From an uncultured Actinomycetota bacterium (GTDB taxonomy: Bacteria; Actinomycetota; Actinomycetes; JACCUZ01): a stretch of DNA of 64,000 bases. Position 1 is the first letter of the stretch; every line of letters begins with the position of its first letter. The DNA is taken from the NCBI GenBank assembly GCA_963762865.1, contig CAVXNC010000022.1, forward strand, positions 34,265 through 98,264, read 5' to 3'. Below are positions 53,462-64,000 of the stretch, one piece after another. Made by a program: the position numbers and the translations under genes. The notes below the pieces were generated by a model. The model worked only from the letters and a program-made list of their open reading frames with translations. It made no database searches and was not told the origin of the DNA.

Positions 53462-54500
53462 ATGAAAGCGCTTACACGCTCGACCAAGGCCCGCGACACG
53501 ACGATCTACCAGGTCGCCGAGCAGGCCGGCGTCTCGATCGCAACCGTGTCGCGGGTGCTGCGCGGCACGGCGCGGGTGGCACCGGCGACCCGGCAGCGCG
53601 TGGAGTCCGCGGTGCAGGACCTGCAGTTCACGCCCAGCCGGTCGGCTCGCTCACTGGCGGAGGGCCAGCACGCGGCGGCCGGGATCGTCTTCCCCGACCT
53701 GTCCGGTCCGTACTTCGCCGAGGTCGTCCTCGGCTACGAGGAGGTCGCGGCCGAGCACGGCCGGACCGTCCTGATCCTGTCGACCCACGGCCGCGAGGCC
53801 GCCGCCGAGATGGTCGTCGACCTCGCCTCCCGCGTGGACGGCATGGTCGTCCTCGGGCGGACCGTCGGGGACAAGCGTCCTCGCCGACCTGGCGGCCAAG
53901 GGGCTGCCGCTCGTGGTGCTCGCCCGCGACGCCGTGCCCGGCGCCGACTCCGCGAGCACCGAGAACGAGCACAGCGCCGAGGCGTTGGCGCGCCACCTGG
54001 TGGCCGACCACGGGTACCGGTCGATCGCGTTCCTGGGCGACCCGGTCTCGTCGAACGACGCGTCGGGACGCTGGGCGGGCGTCCGCCGGGTGCTCGACGA
54101 GGCGCGGCTCCCGTCGGGCGACGACGTGGTCGTCCCGTGCGCCTTCGACGAGGAGGACGGTCGGCGCGCCGCCGACCGGCTGCTGCGGCGGAAGCCGCCG
54201 CGAGCACTGGTCTGCGCCAACGACGAGATCGCCCTGGGCGCTGTCACAGCCGCCGAGGCGATCGGGCTGCGGGTCCCCGACGACCTCGCGGTCACCGGCT
54301 GGGACGACGTGATGGCCGCTCGGCACTCACGTCCCGGCCTCACCACCGTCCGTCAGCCCATGCGCGAGCTCGGCGCCTGGGCAGCCCGACGGCTGCACGA
54401 GCGCTTGGCGGGGGACGCAAGCGAACCACGGCATGAGGTGCTGCCCACGCAGCTCGTGCAACGTGCCAGCTGTGGGCACCACCCTGAGGAGGACCGATGA
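53462..54500 (+). CDS. LacI family transcriptional regulator (frameshift near 53875)
   Basis: TIYQVAEQAGVSIATVSRVL; ANDEIALG, VPDDLAVTGWDD, LTTVRQP. Confidence 0.9.
53463..53476. promoter_or_regulatory. LacI-family operator overlapping the regulator start
   Basis: TGAAAGCGCTTACA near-palindrome with central CG. Confidence 0.7.
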
Positions 54501-55783
54501 GGACCCTGCACAACAGAGGCCTGACCCGGGCCGTCACCGTGGCGCTGCTCGCAGGCGTTGCGTTGACCGGTTGCGGACGGGACGAAGGCGGCAGCACTGC
54601 GGACACCACAGCCAAGAAGGTGAGTGGCGGCAAGGCCAGTGGGGACATCACGGTCTGGGCGCTGGGTGCCGAGGGCGAGAAGCTCGGTGAGATCGCCAAG
54701 GACTTCGAGGCGGAGAACCCGGACGCCAAGGTCAAGGTCACGGTCATCCCGTTCGATGCGGCGCACGACAAGATCGCCAGCGCCATCGCCGGCGGCCAGA
54801 CCCCCGACATGACGCTGCTCGGCACCACCTGGCTGCCCGAGTTCGCGGCCACGGGCGCCCTGGACCCCACCCCCGAGGACGTCATCGACAAGACCAAGTT
54901 CTTCGAGGGCTCGTGGAACACCACCGTGGTGGACGGGACCTCCTTCGGTGCTCCCTGGTACACCGAGACCCGGCAGATCTACTACCGCAAGGACCTCGCC
55001 GAGAAGGCCGGCGTCATGCCGGAGGCCGGCTGGAACTGGGACGACCTGAAGGCTTTCGCCAAGGCCATGCAGGAGAAGGGCGGCGCCAAGTGGGGCATCT
55101 CCCTGCAGCCGGGCGGCCAGGGTTCCTGGCAGTCGATGGTGCCGTTCGCATGGCAGAAGGGTGCCGAGCTGGTCGACGGCGACAAGTTCACCTTCAACAC
55201 GACGCCGATGCAGGAGGGCCTGGACTACTACGCCTCCTTCTTCGAGGAGAAGCTCTCGCCGACCGACCTGGCGCAGGGGGCGCTCGAGCCCGGCTTCATC
55301 GACGGCTCGATCGGTGCCTTCATCTCCGGCCCGTGGCACATCGGGATCCTGGCCGACCAGGGTGGCGAGGGCTTCGAGAGCAAGTGGGCCGTGGCTCCGA
55401 TGCCGACCGAGGAGGCCGGCACCTCGTTCACCGGCGGCAGCGACTGGGCCGTCTTCAAGGACTCCGAGAACCGGGACACGGCGTGGAAGTTCGTCGACTT
55501 CCTGACCCAGGACGCGCAGCAGCAGAAGCTCTATGAGCTGGTCGGCAGCCTGCCCGCGGTCCAGAGCACCTGGGAGTCCGGCGAGCTGTCGACCGACCCG
55601 CTGCTGAAGTCGTTCGGCGACCAGCTCCAGGACGCCAAGTCGGCGCCTGCGATCGCCACCTGGGAGCAGGTCGCGGCACCGCTGGATGACGCGATCGAGC
55701 AGGTGTCGCTGGGCAAGAGCGATTCGAAGACCGCGCTCGCCGACGCCGAGTCCAAGGCCAACAGCATCGGCTTCGGCAGCTGA
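54497..55783 (+). CDS. Sugar ABC transporter substrate-binding lipoprotein
   Basis: Lipobox LTGC, AHDK, TPDM, PWYTETR, ISGPW, FTGGS. Confidence 0.9.
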   Translation: MRTLHNRGLTRAVTVALLAGVALTGCGRDEGGSTADTTAKKVSGGKASGDITVWALGAEGEKLGEIAKDFEAENPDAKVKVTVIPFDAAHDKIASAIAGGQTPDMTLLGTTWLPEFAATGALDPTPEDVIDKTKFFEGSWNTTVVDGTSFGAPWYTETRQIYYRKDLAEKAGVMPEAGWNWDDLKAFAKAMQEKGGAKWGISLQPGGQGSWQSMVPFAWQKGAELVDGDKFTFNTTPMQEGLDYYASFFEEKLSPTDLAQGALEPGFIDGSIGAFISGPWHIGILADQGGEGFESKWAVAPMPTEEAGTSFTGGSDWAVFKDSENRDTAWKFVDFLTQDAQQQKLYELVGSLPAVQSTWESGELSTDPLLKSFGDQLQDAKSAPAIATWEQVAAPLDDAIEQVSLGKSDSKTALADAESKANSIGFGS

Positions 55784-55784
55784 C

Positions 55785-56723
55785 ATGGACACCGTGACCG
55801 CGGCGTCGACCGCGGGCTCGTCCACCTCTCGCCGGCGCCCCGACCGGGGCCGCCGGCGGGAGGTGGCGGCGGGATACCTGTTCTCGCTGCCATTCCTCGC
55901 GCTGTTCCTGGTCTTCACCATCGGGCCGGTGATCGCCTCGTTCCTGATGAGCTTCACCGACCTGCGCTCCGCCGACATCCGCAACCCGCTCGCCGTGGGT
56001 CTGGTCGGCATCGAGAACTACACGAAGCTGTTCAGCGACGAGACGTTCCAGAAGGCCGCGTTCAACACGGCGTACTTCGTCGTCATCGGGGTGCCGCTCA
56101 CCATGGGGCTGGCGCTCCTGGTCGCGGTCCTGCTCGACTCCGGCATCACCCGGTTCCGTACCTTCTTCCGGGTCGGCTACTACCTGCCCGTCGTGACCAG
56201 CATCGTCGCGGTGGCCGTTGTCTGGCGGTTCCTCCTCCAGCCGGACAGCGGCATCGTCAACACGCTGCTGGGGTACGTCGGCATCGAGGGCCCGTCCTGG
56301 TTGCGCAGCGAGACGTGGGCGATGCCCTCGTTGATCGTCATGTCGGCCTGGCGCAACATGGGCGCCCTGGTGATCATCTTCCTGGCCGGGCTGCAGGTCG
56401 TGCCCAAGGAGATGCACGAGGCAGCGGCGATCGACGGCGCGGGCGCGTGGGGCCGGTTCCGGCACATCACCCTGCCGATGATGCGGCCGACCCTGCTGTT
56501 CGGCGGCGTGATCACGATGATCGGCTACCTCCAGTTCTTCGAGGAGCCGTTCATCATGACCCGCGGCGGTCCACTCGACTCGACGCTGTCGACCGCCTAC
56601 TACACCTACAACCAGTTCGGCTTCGGCAACTACAGCTACGCGGCGGCGATGGCCTACGTGCTGTTCGTCGTGATCGCCCTGGTGACTGCGGTGCAGTTCA
56701 AGCTCCTCGGGTCGAAGGACTGA
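55785..56723 (+). CDS. Carbohydrate ABC transporter permease
   Basis: GIENY, EAAAIDGAGAWGRFRHITLP EAA loop. Confidence 0.92.
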   Translation: MDTVTAASTAGSSTSRRRPDRGRRREVAAGYLFSLPFLALFLVFTIGPVIASFLMSFTDLRSADIRNPLAVGLVGIENYTKLFSDETFQKAAFNTAYFVVIGVPLTMGLALLVAVLLDSGITRFRTFFRVGYYLPVVTSIVAVAVVWRFLLQPDSGIVNTLLGYVGIEGPSWLRSETWAMPSLIVMSAWRNMGALVIIFLAGLQVVPKEMHEAAAIDGAGAWGRFRHITLPMMRPTLLFGGVITMIGYLQFFEEPFIMTRGGPLDSTLSTAYYTYNQFGFGNYSYAAAMAYVLFVVIALVTAVQFKLLGSKD

Positions 56724-56730
56724 TGCGACG

Positions 56731-57649
56731 ATGACCACCTCGACCCGCCCCGAAGCAGCCGCAGTCACCGCGACGCCGCGCGAACCCGACGGACCCGCCG
56801 CCTTCCCGTCGTCGGCGGCACCATGAGATCGGCGAGCCGCAGCCCATCCCGTGGGTCTACGCGGTCCTGATCGGCGGCCTGGTGCTGCTGGTCGGCCCGT
56901 TCCTGTGGATGCTGCTCGGCTCCTTCCGGCCCGACCGCGAGCTCAAGCAGGTGCCACCGTCGTGGCTGCCGGAGAACCCGACGCTGGACAACTACCGCAC
57001 GCTGTTCACCGAGCTCGACTTCCCGACGTACTTCTTCAACAGCACGGTCGTCGCTCTGGTCATCACGGTGGGCAACCTGATCTTCTGCTCGATGCTGGGT
57101 TACGCACTGGCCAAGCTGCACTTCCCGGGCAAGCGGATCATCTTCGCTCTGGTGCTCGGCACCCTGATGGTGCCCTTCGTGGTGACCTTCGTGCCGCTGT
57201 TCGTGCTGGTCAGCAACCTGGGAATGGTCAACACCTTCCCGGGGCTGATCTTCCCGTTCCTGGCCGGCCCGTTCGGCGTCTTCCTGATGCGGCAGTTCTT
57301 CCAGTCGCTGCCGGACGAGCTGATCCACGCGGCGCGGGTCGACGGCGCCGGGGAGTTCCGGATCTTCTGGAGCATCATGCTGCCGCTGTGCAAGCCGGCA
57401 CTGGCGACGCTGGGGATCCTCACCTTCCTCGCGTCGTGGAACAACTTCCTCTGGCCGCTGGTCGTCGCGCAGTCCGAGGACAAGTACACCCTGCCGGTCG
57501 CGCTCTCCATCTACGCCATCGGTGAGAACAAGGCCGACTACGGCCTGCTGATGGCCGGCTCGGTCGCGATCATCATCCCCATCCTGGTCGTCTTCCTGGT
57601 CCTGCAGAAGCACTTCGTCCGCGGTATCGCCATGACCGGCATCAAGTAG
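56731..57649 (+). CDS. Carbohydrate ABC transporter permease (frameshift near 56800)
   Basis: TLDNY, FFNS, LPDELIHAARVDGA, WNNFLWP. Confidence 0.9.
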
Positions 57650-57662
57650 GGAGAGCACACCC

Positions 57663-59198
57663 ATGACCCGCACCTCCCGGCTGCTCGCGCTCGGCGCGGC
57701 CGCCACCGTCGCGGCGACCGCAGTCGTCGCGCCATCCACGTCCGCCGCCGGCGCGACCGACTCGCGAGCCACCTTGCTGGAGTACGCCCAGGACACCTGG
57801 CGATCGATGGACGCCATGGTCGATCCCGGCACCGGGCTCGTCTCGGACAACATCGGCGGCGACCTGTCGACCCGGCCGACCGGGCGGCCTACACGTCGCC
57901 GACCAACATCGGGGCGTACATGTGGAGCGCCATCGCCGCTCGCGACATCGGCCTCATCGACGAAGACACGATGCGAGGCGAAGATCGCCGCCACGCTGCA
58001 CGGCGTCGCGGGTCTCGAGAAGCACGAGCCGTCGGGCATGTTCTACAACTGGTACAGCCCGACGGACGGCCACAAGCTGACTGTGTGGCCGGCGGACAAC
58101 AGCACCGTCTTCCCCTTCCTCTCCAGCGTCGACAACGGCTGGCTGGCGACGGCGCTGACGATGGTGGCGAAGGAGGTGCCGGCCCTCGCGGACGAGGCGC
58201 ACTCGATCCTCGACGAGATGGACTTCGGCTACTACTACAACCCGGCCGAGAACCAGATCCGCGGCGGCTTCTGGCTCACCCCGCGTCCGGGCTCGGTCGA
58301 GGGCAACTACCGAGGCGGTGACCCGGTCTACTACACCGGTCACCACTACGGCGCGTTCAACACCGAGCCGCGGATGGCCAGCTATCTCGGCATCGCCTCC
58401 GGCCAGATCCCGCAGCGGCACTACTTCGGCACCTTCCGCACGTTCCACAACGACAACTGCGACTACGCGTGGACCGAGCAGCGGGCGGTCGGCGAGTGGA
58501 AGGAGTACCTGGGCGTCCGGGTCTTCGAGGGCGCGTACAAGTACGCCGGCCGGCGACTCATCCCGACGTGGGGTGGGTCCATGTTCGAGGCCCTGATGGT
58601 GCCGCTCTTCGTCCCCGAGGAGCAGTGGGGCGCCAAGAGCTGGGCACTGACCCACCCGACCTACGTGCGCGCACAGATCGAGCACGGCATGGACGAGGCG
58701 AAGTACGGCTACTGGGGGTTCTCACCGTCCAACAACCCGGCGGGCGGCTACCGCGAGTACGGCGTCGACCCGATCGGCATGGAGCCCAACGGCTACGCGT
58801 CCGACCAGGAGCGCACCTACGTCGACTACGGCTACGGCGAGTGCCGTCCCGCCCAGAAGGAGCCGAACAAGTACGGCCAGGGCGTCGTGACACCGCACGC
58901 GTCGTTCCTCGCCTACCGCTTCGCGCCGAAGGCCGCGCTGCAGAACCTGGCCAACCTGCGGGAGGACTTCGGCGCCTACGGTCCGGGCGGCTTCTACGAC
59001 GCGGTCAACGTCACCACCGGCCAGATGTCCGAGCGATACCTCTCTCTCGACCAGGGCATGGTGATGGCGGCGCTCGGCAACGCGCTCGCCGGACGACGAC
59101 ATGCGCCGACACCTTCGCCACCGGCGACGATGGACGAGAAGGTCAAGCCGCTGATGCGCATGGAGGAGTTCAGCGGGATCACGGAGGGCGGCAGGTGA
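57663..59198 (+). CDS. Secreted GH144-like (DUF3131/glucoamylase-fold) glycoside hydrolase, putative endo-beta-1,2-glucanase
   Basis: Signal peptide, TGLVSDN, TSPTNIG (in the shifted frame), FYNWY, SSVDNGWL, TEPRMASY, WGGSMFEALM, YWGFS, LDQGM. Compensating indels near 57885/57975 and about 59100. Confidence 0.78.
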   Translation: MTRTSRLLALGAAATVAATAVVAPSTSAAGATDSRATLLEYAQDTWRSMDAMVDPGTGLVSDNIGGDLSTRPTGRPTRRRPTSGRTCGAPSPLATSASSTKTRCEAKIAATLHGVAGLEKHEPSGMFYNWYSPTDGHKLTVWPADNSTVFPFLSSVDNGWLATALTMVAKEVPALADEAHSILDEMDFGYYYNPAENQIRGGFWLTPRPGSVEGNYRGGDPVYYTGHHYGAFNTEPRMASYLGIASGQIPQRHYFGTFRTFHNDNCDYAWTEQRAVGEWKEYLGVRVFEGAYKYAGRRLIPTWGGSMFEALMVPLFVPEEQWGAKSWALTHPTYVRAQIEHGMDEAKYGYWGFSPSNNPAGGYREYGVDPIGMEPNGYASDQERTYVDYGYGECRPAQKEPNKYGQGVVTPHASFLAYRFAPKAALQNLANLREDFGAYGPGGFYDAVNVTTGQMSERYLSLDQGMVMAALGNALAGRRHAPTPSPPATMDEKVKPLMRMEEFSGITEGGR

Positions 59199-61067
59199 GC
59201 GAGCGTGTCGACCCCGACGACGACAGGGCCGGCGCCGCCCGGGACAGCTTCGAGCAGGGCATCGGGCGGCGGACCGGCGGCGGTGACCGGGCGGAGCTCC
59301 CGGCCCCCGCCGGGCTGACCGCGACCGCCGGCCGCGGCCACGTCACCCTCGACTGGCAACCGGTCGACGGGGCGGTGGGCTACCTGGTCCACCGCGCCCC
59401 CTCGCCCGACGGGCCGTTCGAACCTGTCGACCACGGCGGCAACGACGTGCTCGCCGTGCCGCACCCGCCCTACGTCGACACGTCCGGCGAGCGCGGCCGC
59501 GACTACTGGTACGCCGTCGCCTCCCTGCCGGAGGTGTCCCGCTCCGGACCGATCAGCGAGCCGGTGGGCTGCGTCGCCGCCACGGGGGGCGACGCCGCCG
59601 TCGACGCCCGGGTGGTCACCTCGCAGGTCGTCGGCCGGCTCGACCGCCCGTGGCGGCCGATGATCGGGTCCGAGCACCTGAGCCTGATGCTGTCGACCGA
59701 CGAGGTCGGCGGCCGGGTGATCGGCCCCGAGCTGACCGAGGCCCTACGACGGATGCACGACGACCTCGGCGTGCGGACGGTGCGGGCGCACGCGATCCTC
59801 GGCGACGACCTCGGCGTCTACCGCGAGGTCGACGGCGAGCCGGTGCACGACTTCTCGGGCGTCGACCGGGTCTACGACGCGCTGCTCGAGACCGGCCTTC
59901 GGCCGGTGGTCGAGCTGTCCTACATGCCACGCGACCTCGCCAGCGACCCATCGAGCAACCGTCTTCGCCTATGAGGCGATCATCTCGCCGCCGAAGGACT
60001 GGGACCGGTGGGCCGACCTGGTCACCGACCTCACCGCGCACCTCGTCGACCGCTACGGCATCGAGGAGGTTCGGGAGCGCTGGAGCTTCGAGGTCTGGAA
60101 CGAGGCGAACCTCGACGTCTTCTGGAGCGGCTCGGAGGAGGAGTACCTGCGGCTGTACGACGTCACGGTCGCCGCGGTGCGCAAGGTCGACGAGCGGCTC
60201 GTCGTCGGGGGACCGAGCTCGGCCGCGGCCCAGTGGGTCGAGCTGCTGCTCGACCACGCGGCCACGTCGGGTGCGCCCGTCGACTTCCTGTCGACGCACA
60301 CCTACGGCAGCCCGCCGCTGGACCTGCGGCCGATCCTCGAGCGCGCCGGCCGCCCGGACGCGAAGATCTGGTGGACCGAGTGGGGTCCCGGGTCGCAGCA
60401 CTTCCACCTGGTCGGCGACAGCGTCTTCGCCGCGACCTTCCTGGTCGACGGGATGGTGTCGAGCATGGGCCGGCTCGAGGCGCTGTCGCACTGGGTGGCG
60501 TCGGACCACTTCGAGGAGCTCGGCCGGCCGACACGGCTCGGGCACGGCGGCTTCGGACTGCTCACCGTCGGCAACCTGCGCAAGCCCCGCTGGTGGGCCC
60601 TTGCCTTGCTCGACCGCCTCGGCGACGACCGGCTCGCGGTGTCGCTCGAGGGCGACGGGGCGGGCGGCCTGGTCAAGACGCTCGCCGCACGGCGACCCGA
60701 CGGGGAGGTCGGCGTCCTGGTCTGGAACAGCTCGCTCGACCAGTCCCGGATCCCGGCGGACCCGTTGCTCTCGCGGTCGGTCACCGTACGGCTGGAGGAC
60801 CTTCCCGCAGGCAGCGTGGCGGTGACCCACCACCGCGTCGACGAGCGGCACAGCAACGTCTTCGCCGCCTGGCGCGACCTGGGCGGCGCCGACCGTGACT
60901 GGCCGGAGGGTGACGAGTGGGAGCAGCTGGCGGCTGCGGACCAGCTCGCCGAGGCAGAGCCCGCGCGCACCCTCGAGGTCGGTCGCGACGGGAGCGTGCA
61001 GCTGGCCTTCGAGCTGCCGCAGCCCGGCATCTCCTTCCTGACCGTCCGGCCCGGACGTACGACTTGA
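59195..61067 (+). CDS. GH39 glycoside hydrolase with N-terminal Fn3-like domain (frameshift near 59960)
   Basis: VRAHAIL, PVVELSYMP, FEVWNEAN (acid/base), STHTY, WWTEW (nucleophile), SDHFEE, GGFGLL; GTGA overlap. Confidence 0.85.
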
Positions 61068-61156
61068 CGGCATGACCTGACGTATCTGACGGCTCCGGCG
61101 CGGGTCGCGTCCCTCGCCGGTCCGGCGCCCTGACGCGATCGGGCAGGATCGTCGCC

Positions 61157-62212
61157 GTGCGAGCAGTCGTCTTCGAGGAGTACGGAGCGCCGCCGGTCGT
61201 CCGGGAGGTCACGGACCCGAGCCCGGCGGTGCACGGCGTCGTCGTGCGCGTCGAGGCGACCGGGCTGTGCCGCAGCGACTGGCACGCCTGGGCCGGGCAC
61301 GACCGCACGATCGCGCTGCCGCACGTGCCGGGCCACGAGCTGGCCGGCGTCGTCGAGGAGGTCGGCGCTGACGTCAGCCGTTGGCGCGCGGGTGACCGGG
61401 TCACCGTGCCGTTCGTCTGCGCCTGCGGCACCTGTGAGCAGTGCCTGACGGGCAACCACCAGGTCTGCGAGCGGCAGACCCAGCCGGGGTTCACCGGGTG
61501 GGGGTCCTTCGCCGAGCTGGTGGCACTCGACCACGCCGACGTCAACCTGGTCGGGCTGCCGGTCGGGATGACGGCGGCTACCGCGGCCGGGCTGGGCTGC
61601 CGGGTCGCGACCGCCCACCGAGCCGTCGTCGCGCAAGGGCGGGTGCACCCGGGGGACTGGGTTGCGATCCACGGGTGCGGCGGGGTCGGCCTGTCCGCCG
61701 TCATGGTCGCGGTGGCCTGCGGTGCCCGGGTCGTCGCGGTCGACGTCAGCCCGGGCGCCCTCGAGCTCGCCCGCTCCTTCGGCGCCGAGGTCACCGTCGA
61801 CGCGTCGAGGCCCGGCGTCGTCGCGGCGGTCCGAGAGGCGACAGGCGGCGGGGCGCACCTCTCGCTCGACGCCTTGGGCAGCCACGAGACCTGTGGTGCC
61901 TCGATCAGGTCGCTGCGCGTCCGCGGACGTCACGTGCAGGTGGGTCTGCTGCCCCCCGACCTCGGCCACCCGGCCATCCCGATGGCACGGGTCATCGCCC
62001 ACGAGCTGGTGCTCGTCGGCAGCCACGGGATGCCGGCGCACGACTACCCGGGGCTGCTCGCGATGGTCGGGTCCGGCCGGCTGCCCGCCGACCGGCTGGT
62101 GACCCGACGCATCTCCCTGGACGAGGCCGGCCCGGCACTGGCCGCGATGGGGGAGCCGGGCTTCCCGCCGGGCGTGACGGTCGTCGAGCCGCAGGCGACC
62201 GCCCAGTCGTGA
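61157..62212 (+). CDS. Zinc-dependent alcohol dehydrogenase (MDR family)
   Basis: GLCRSD, GHELAG, CACGTCEQC..C, GCGGVG. Confidence 0.92.
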   Translation: MRAVVFEEYGAPPVVREVTDPSPAVHGVVVRVEATGLCRSDWHAWAGHDRTIALPHVPGHELAGVVEEVGADVSRWRAGDRVTVPFVCACGTCEQCLTGNHQVCERQTQPGFTGWGSFAELVALDHADVNLVGLPVGMTAATAAGLGCRVATAHRAVVAQGRVHPGDWVAIHGCGGVGLSAVMVAVACGARVVAVDVSPGALELARSFGAEVTVDASRPGVVAAVREATGGGAHLSLDALGSHETCGASIRSLRVRGRHVQVGLLPPDLGHPAIPMARVIAHELVLVGSHGMPAHDYPGLLAMVGSGRLPADRLVTRRISLDEAGPALAAMGEPGFPPGVTVVEPQATAQS

Positions 62213-62366
62213 CCCGCCCTCGGGTCCTTCGCCCTCTTCGGCGTGCTGTCGGTCCTGACCATCGCCGACCAGCTCAAGGAGTTCTAGGGTCGACCTGCGG
62301 TCCAGCGGCGTACGTCCCGTCTGGAAGACTGGTGTGCGCGTCGCGACCGAAGGGAAATGACCTCCC

Positions 62367-63650
<1,284 letters not shown>

Positions 63651-63803
63651 ACCGGCCGCACCCGGGGCGCCTGCCCGCCGACACCCTGGCGCAACAGGGG
63701 CGAACCACCTGGAAACGCCACCCTCGCTCCACCCGGTCGGCTTTACTCGTCACAGAGACGAGCCGATGACCCACCGGGAGTGACCGGCTGGAAAGGCGGG
63801 AGC

Positions 63804-64000
63804 GTGCCTGGTCCGCAACAGACCAAGCGCGCCATCAGCTGGGTGTTCGACGTCGCGGTGATGACGTCCGGAGCACTCATCGGGCTGGTGGCGCTCGTCG
63901 CGCTGCTCGTCGGCCCCTACCTCGACCGCCAGTGGGTCCTGGCGCTGGCCCTCGGTCCGCCGGTCATCGCCCTGATGAGCCGCTTCCCGCTGGTCCTGGA
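63804..64000 (+). CDS. N-terminus of a membrane protein (truncated by the window end)
   Basis: GTG after GGGAG; hydrophobic ISWVFDVAVMTSGALIGLVALVALLVGP; open to the window end. Confidence 0.6.
   Translation, partial: MPGPQQTKRAISWVFDVAVMTSGALIGLVALVALLVGPYLDRQWVLALALGPPVIALMSRFPLVL

Overview
Very GC-rich actinobacterial chromosomal segment with about 52 protein-coding genes. I found no rRNA, tRNA, CRISPR array, transposase, integrase or prophage block. About 13 genes carry isolated single-base frameshifts with otherwise intact motifs, most consistent with long-read indel errors. Housekeeping genes include xth, an RqlH-type RecQ helicase, pgm, a DEAD-box helicase, htrA and gltA. The rest are mostly regulators and stress genes. 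Leads worth a second look: (1) a compact, highly structured candidate ncRNA (about 49755-49870) downstream of a hypothetical gene; (2) an AOX/PTOX-like di-iron quinol oxidase; (3) an orphan PafB/PafC-like WYL pair with altered ligand-binding arginines, coupled to a histidine-phosphatase-like gene; (4) a Cys-tailed SigZ-like ECF sigma / ArsI divergon with two identical back-to-back promoter motifs; (5) a rhodanese-wHTH fusion behind a cysteine dioxygenase; (6) a putative beta-1,2-glucan uptake locus with GH144-like and GH39 enzymes. All product calls come from reading motifs by eye; no database search was run.
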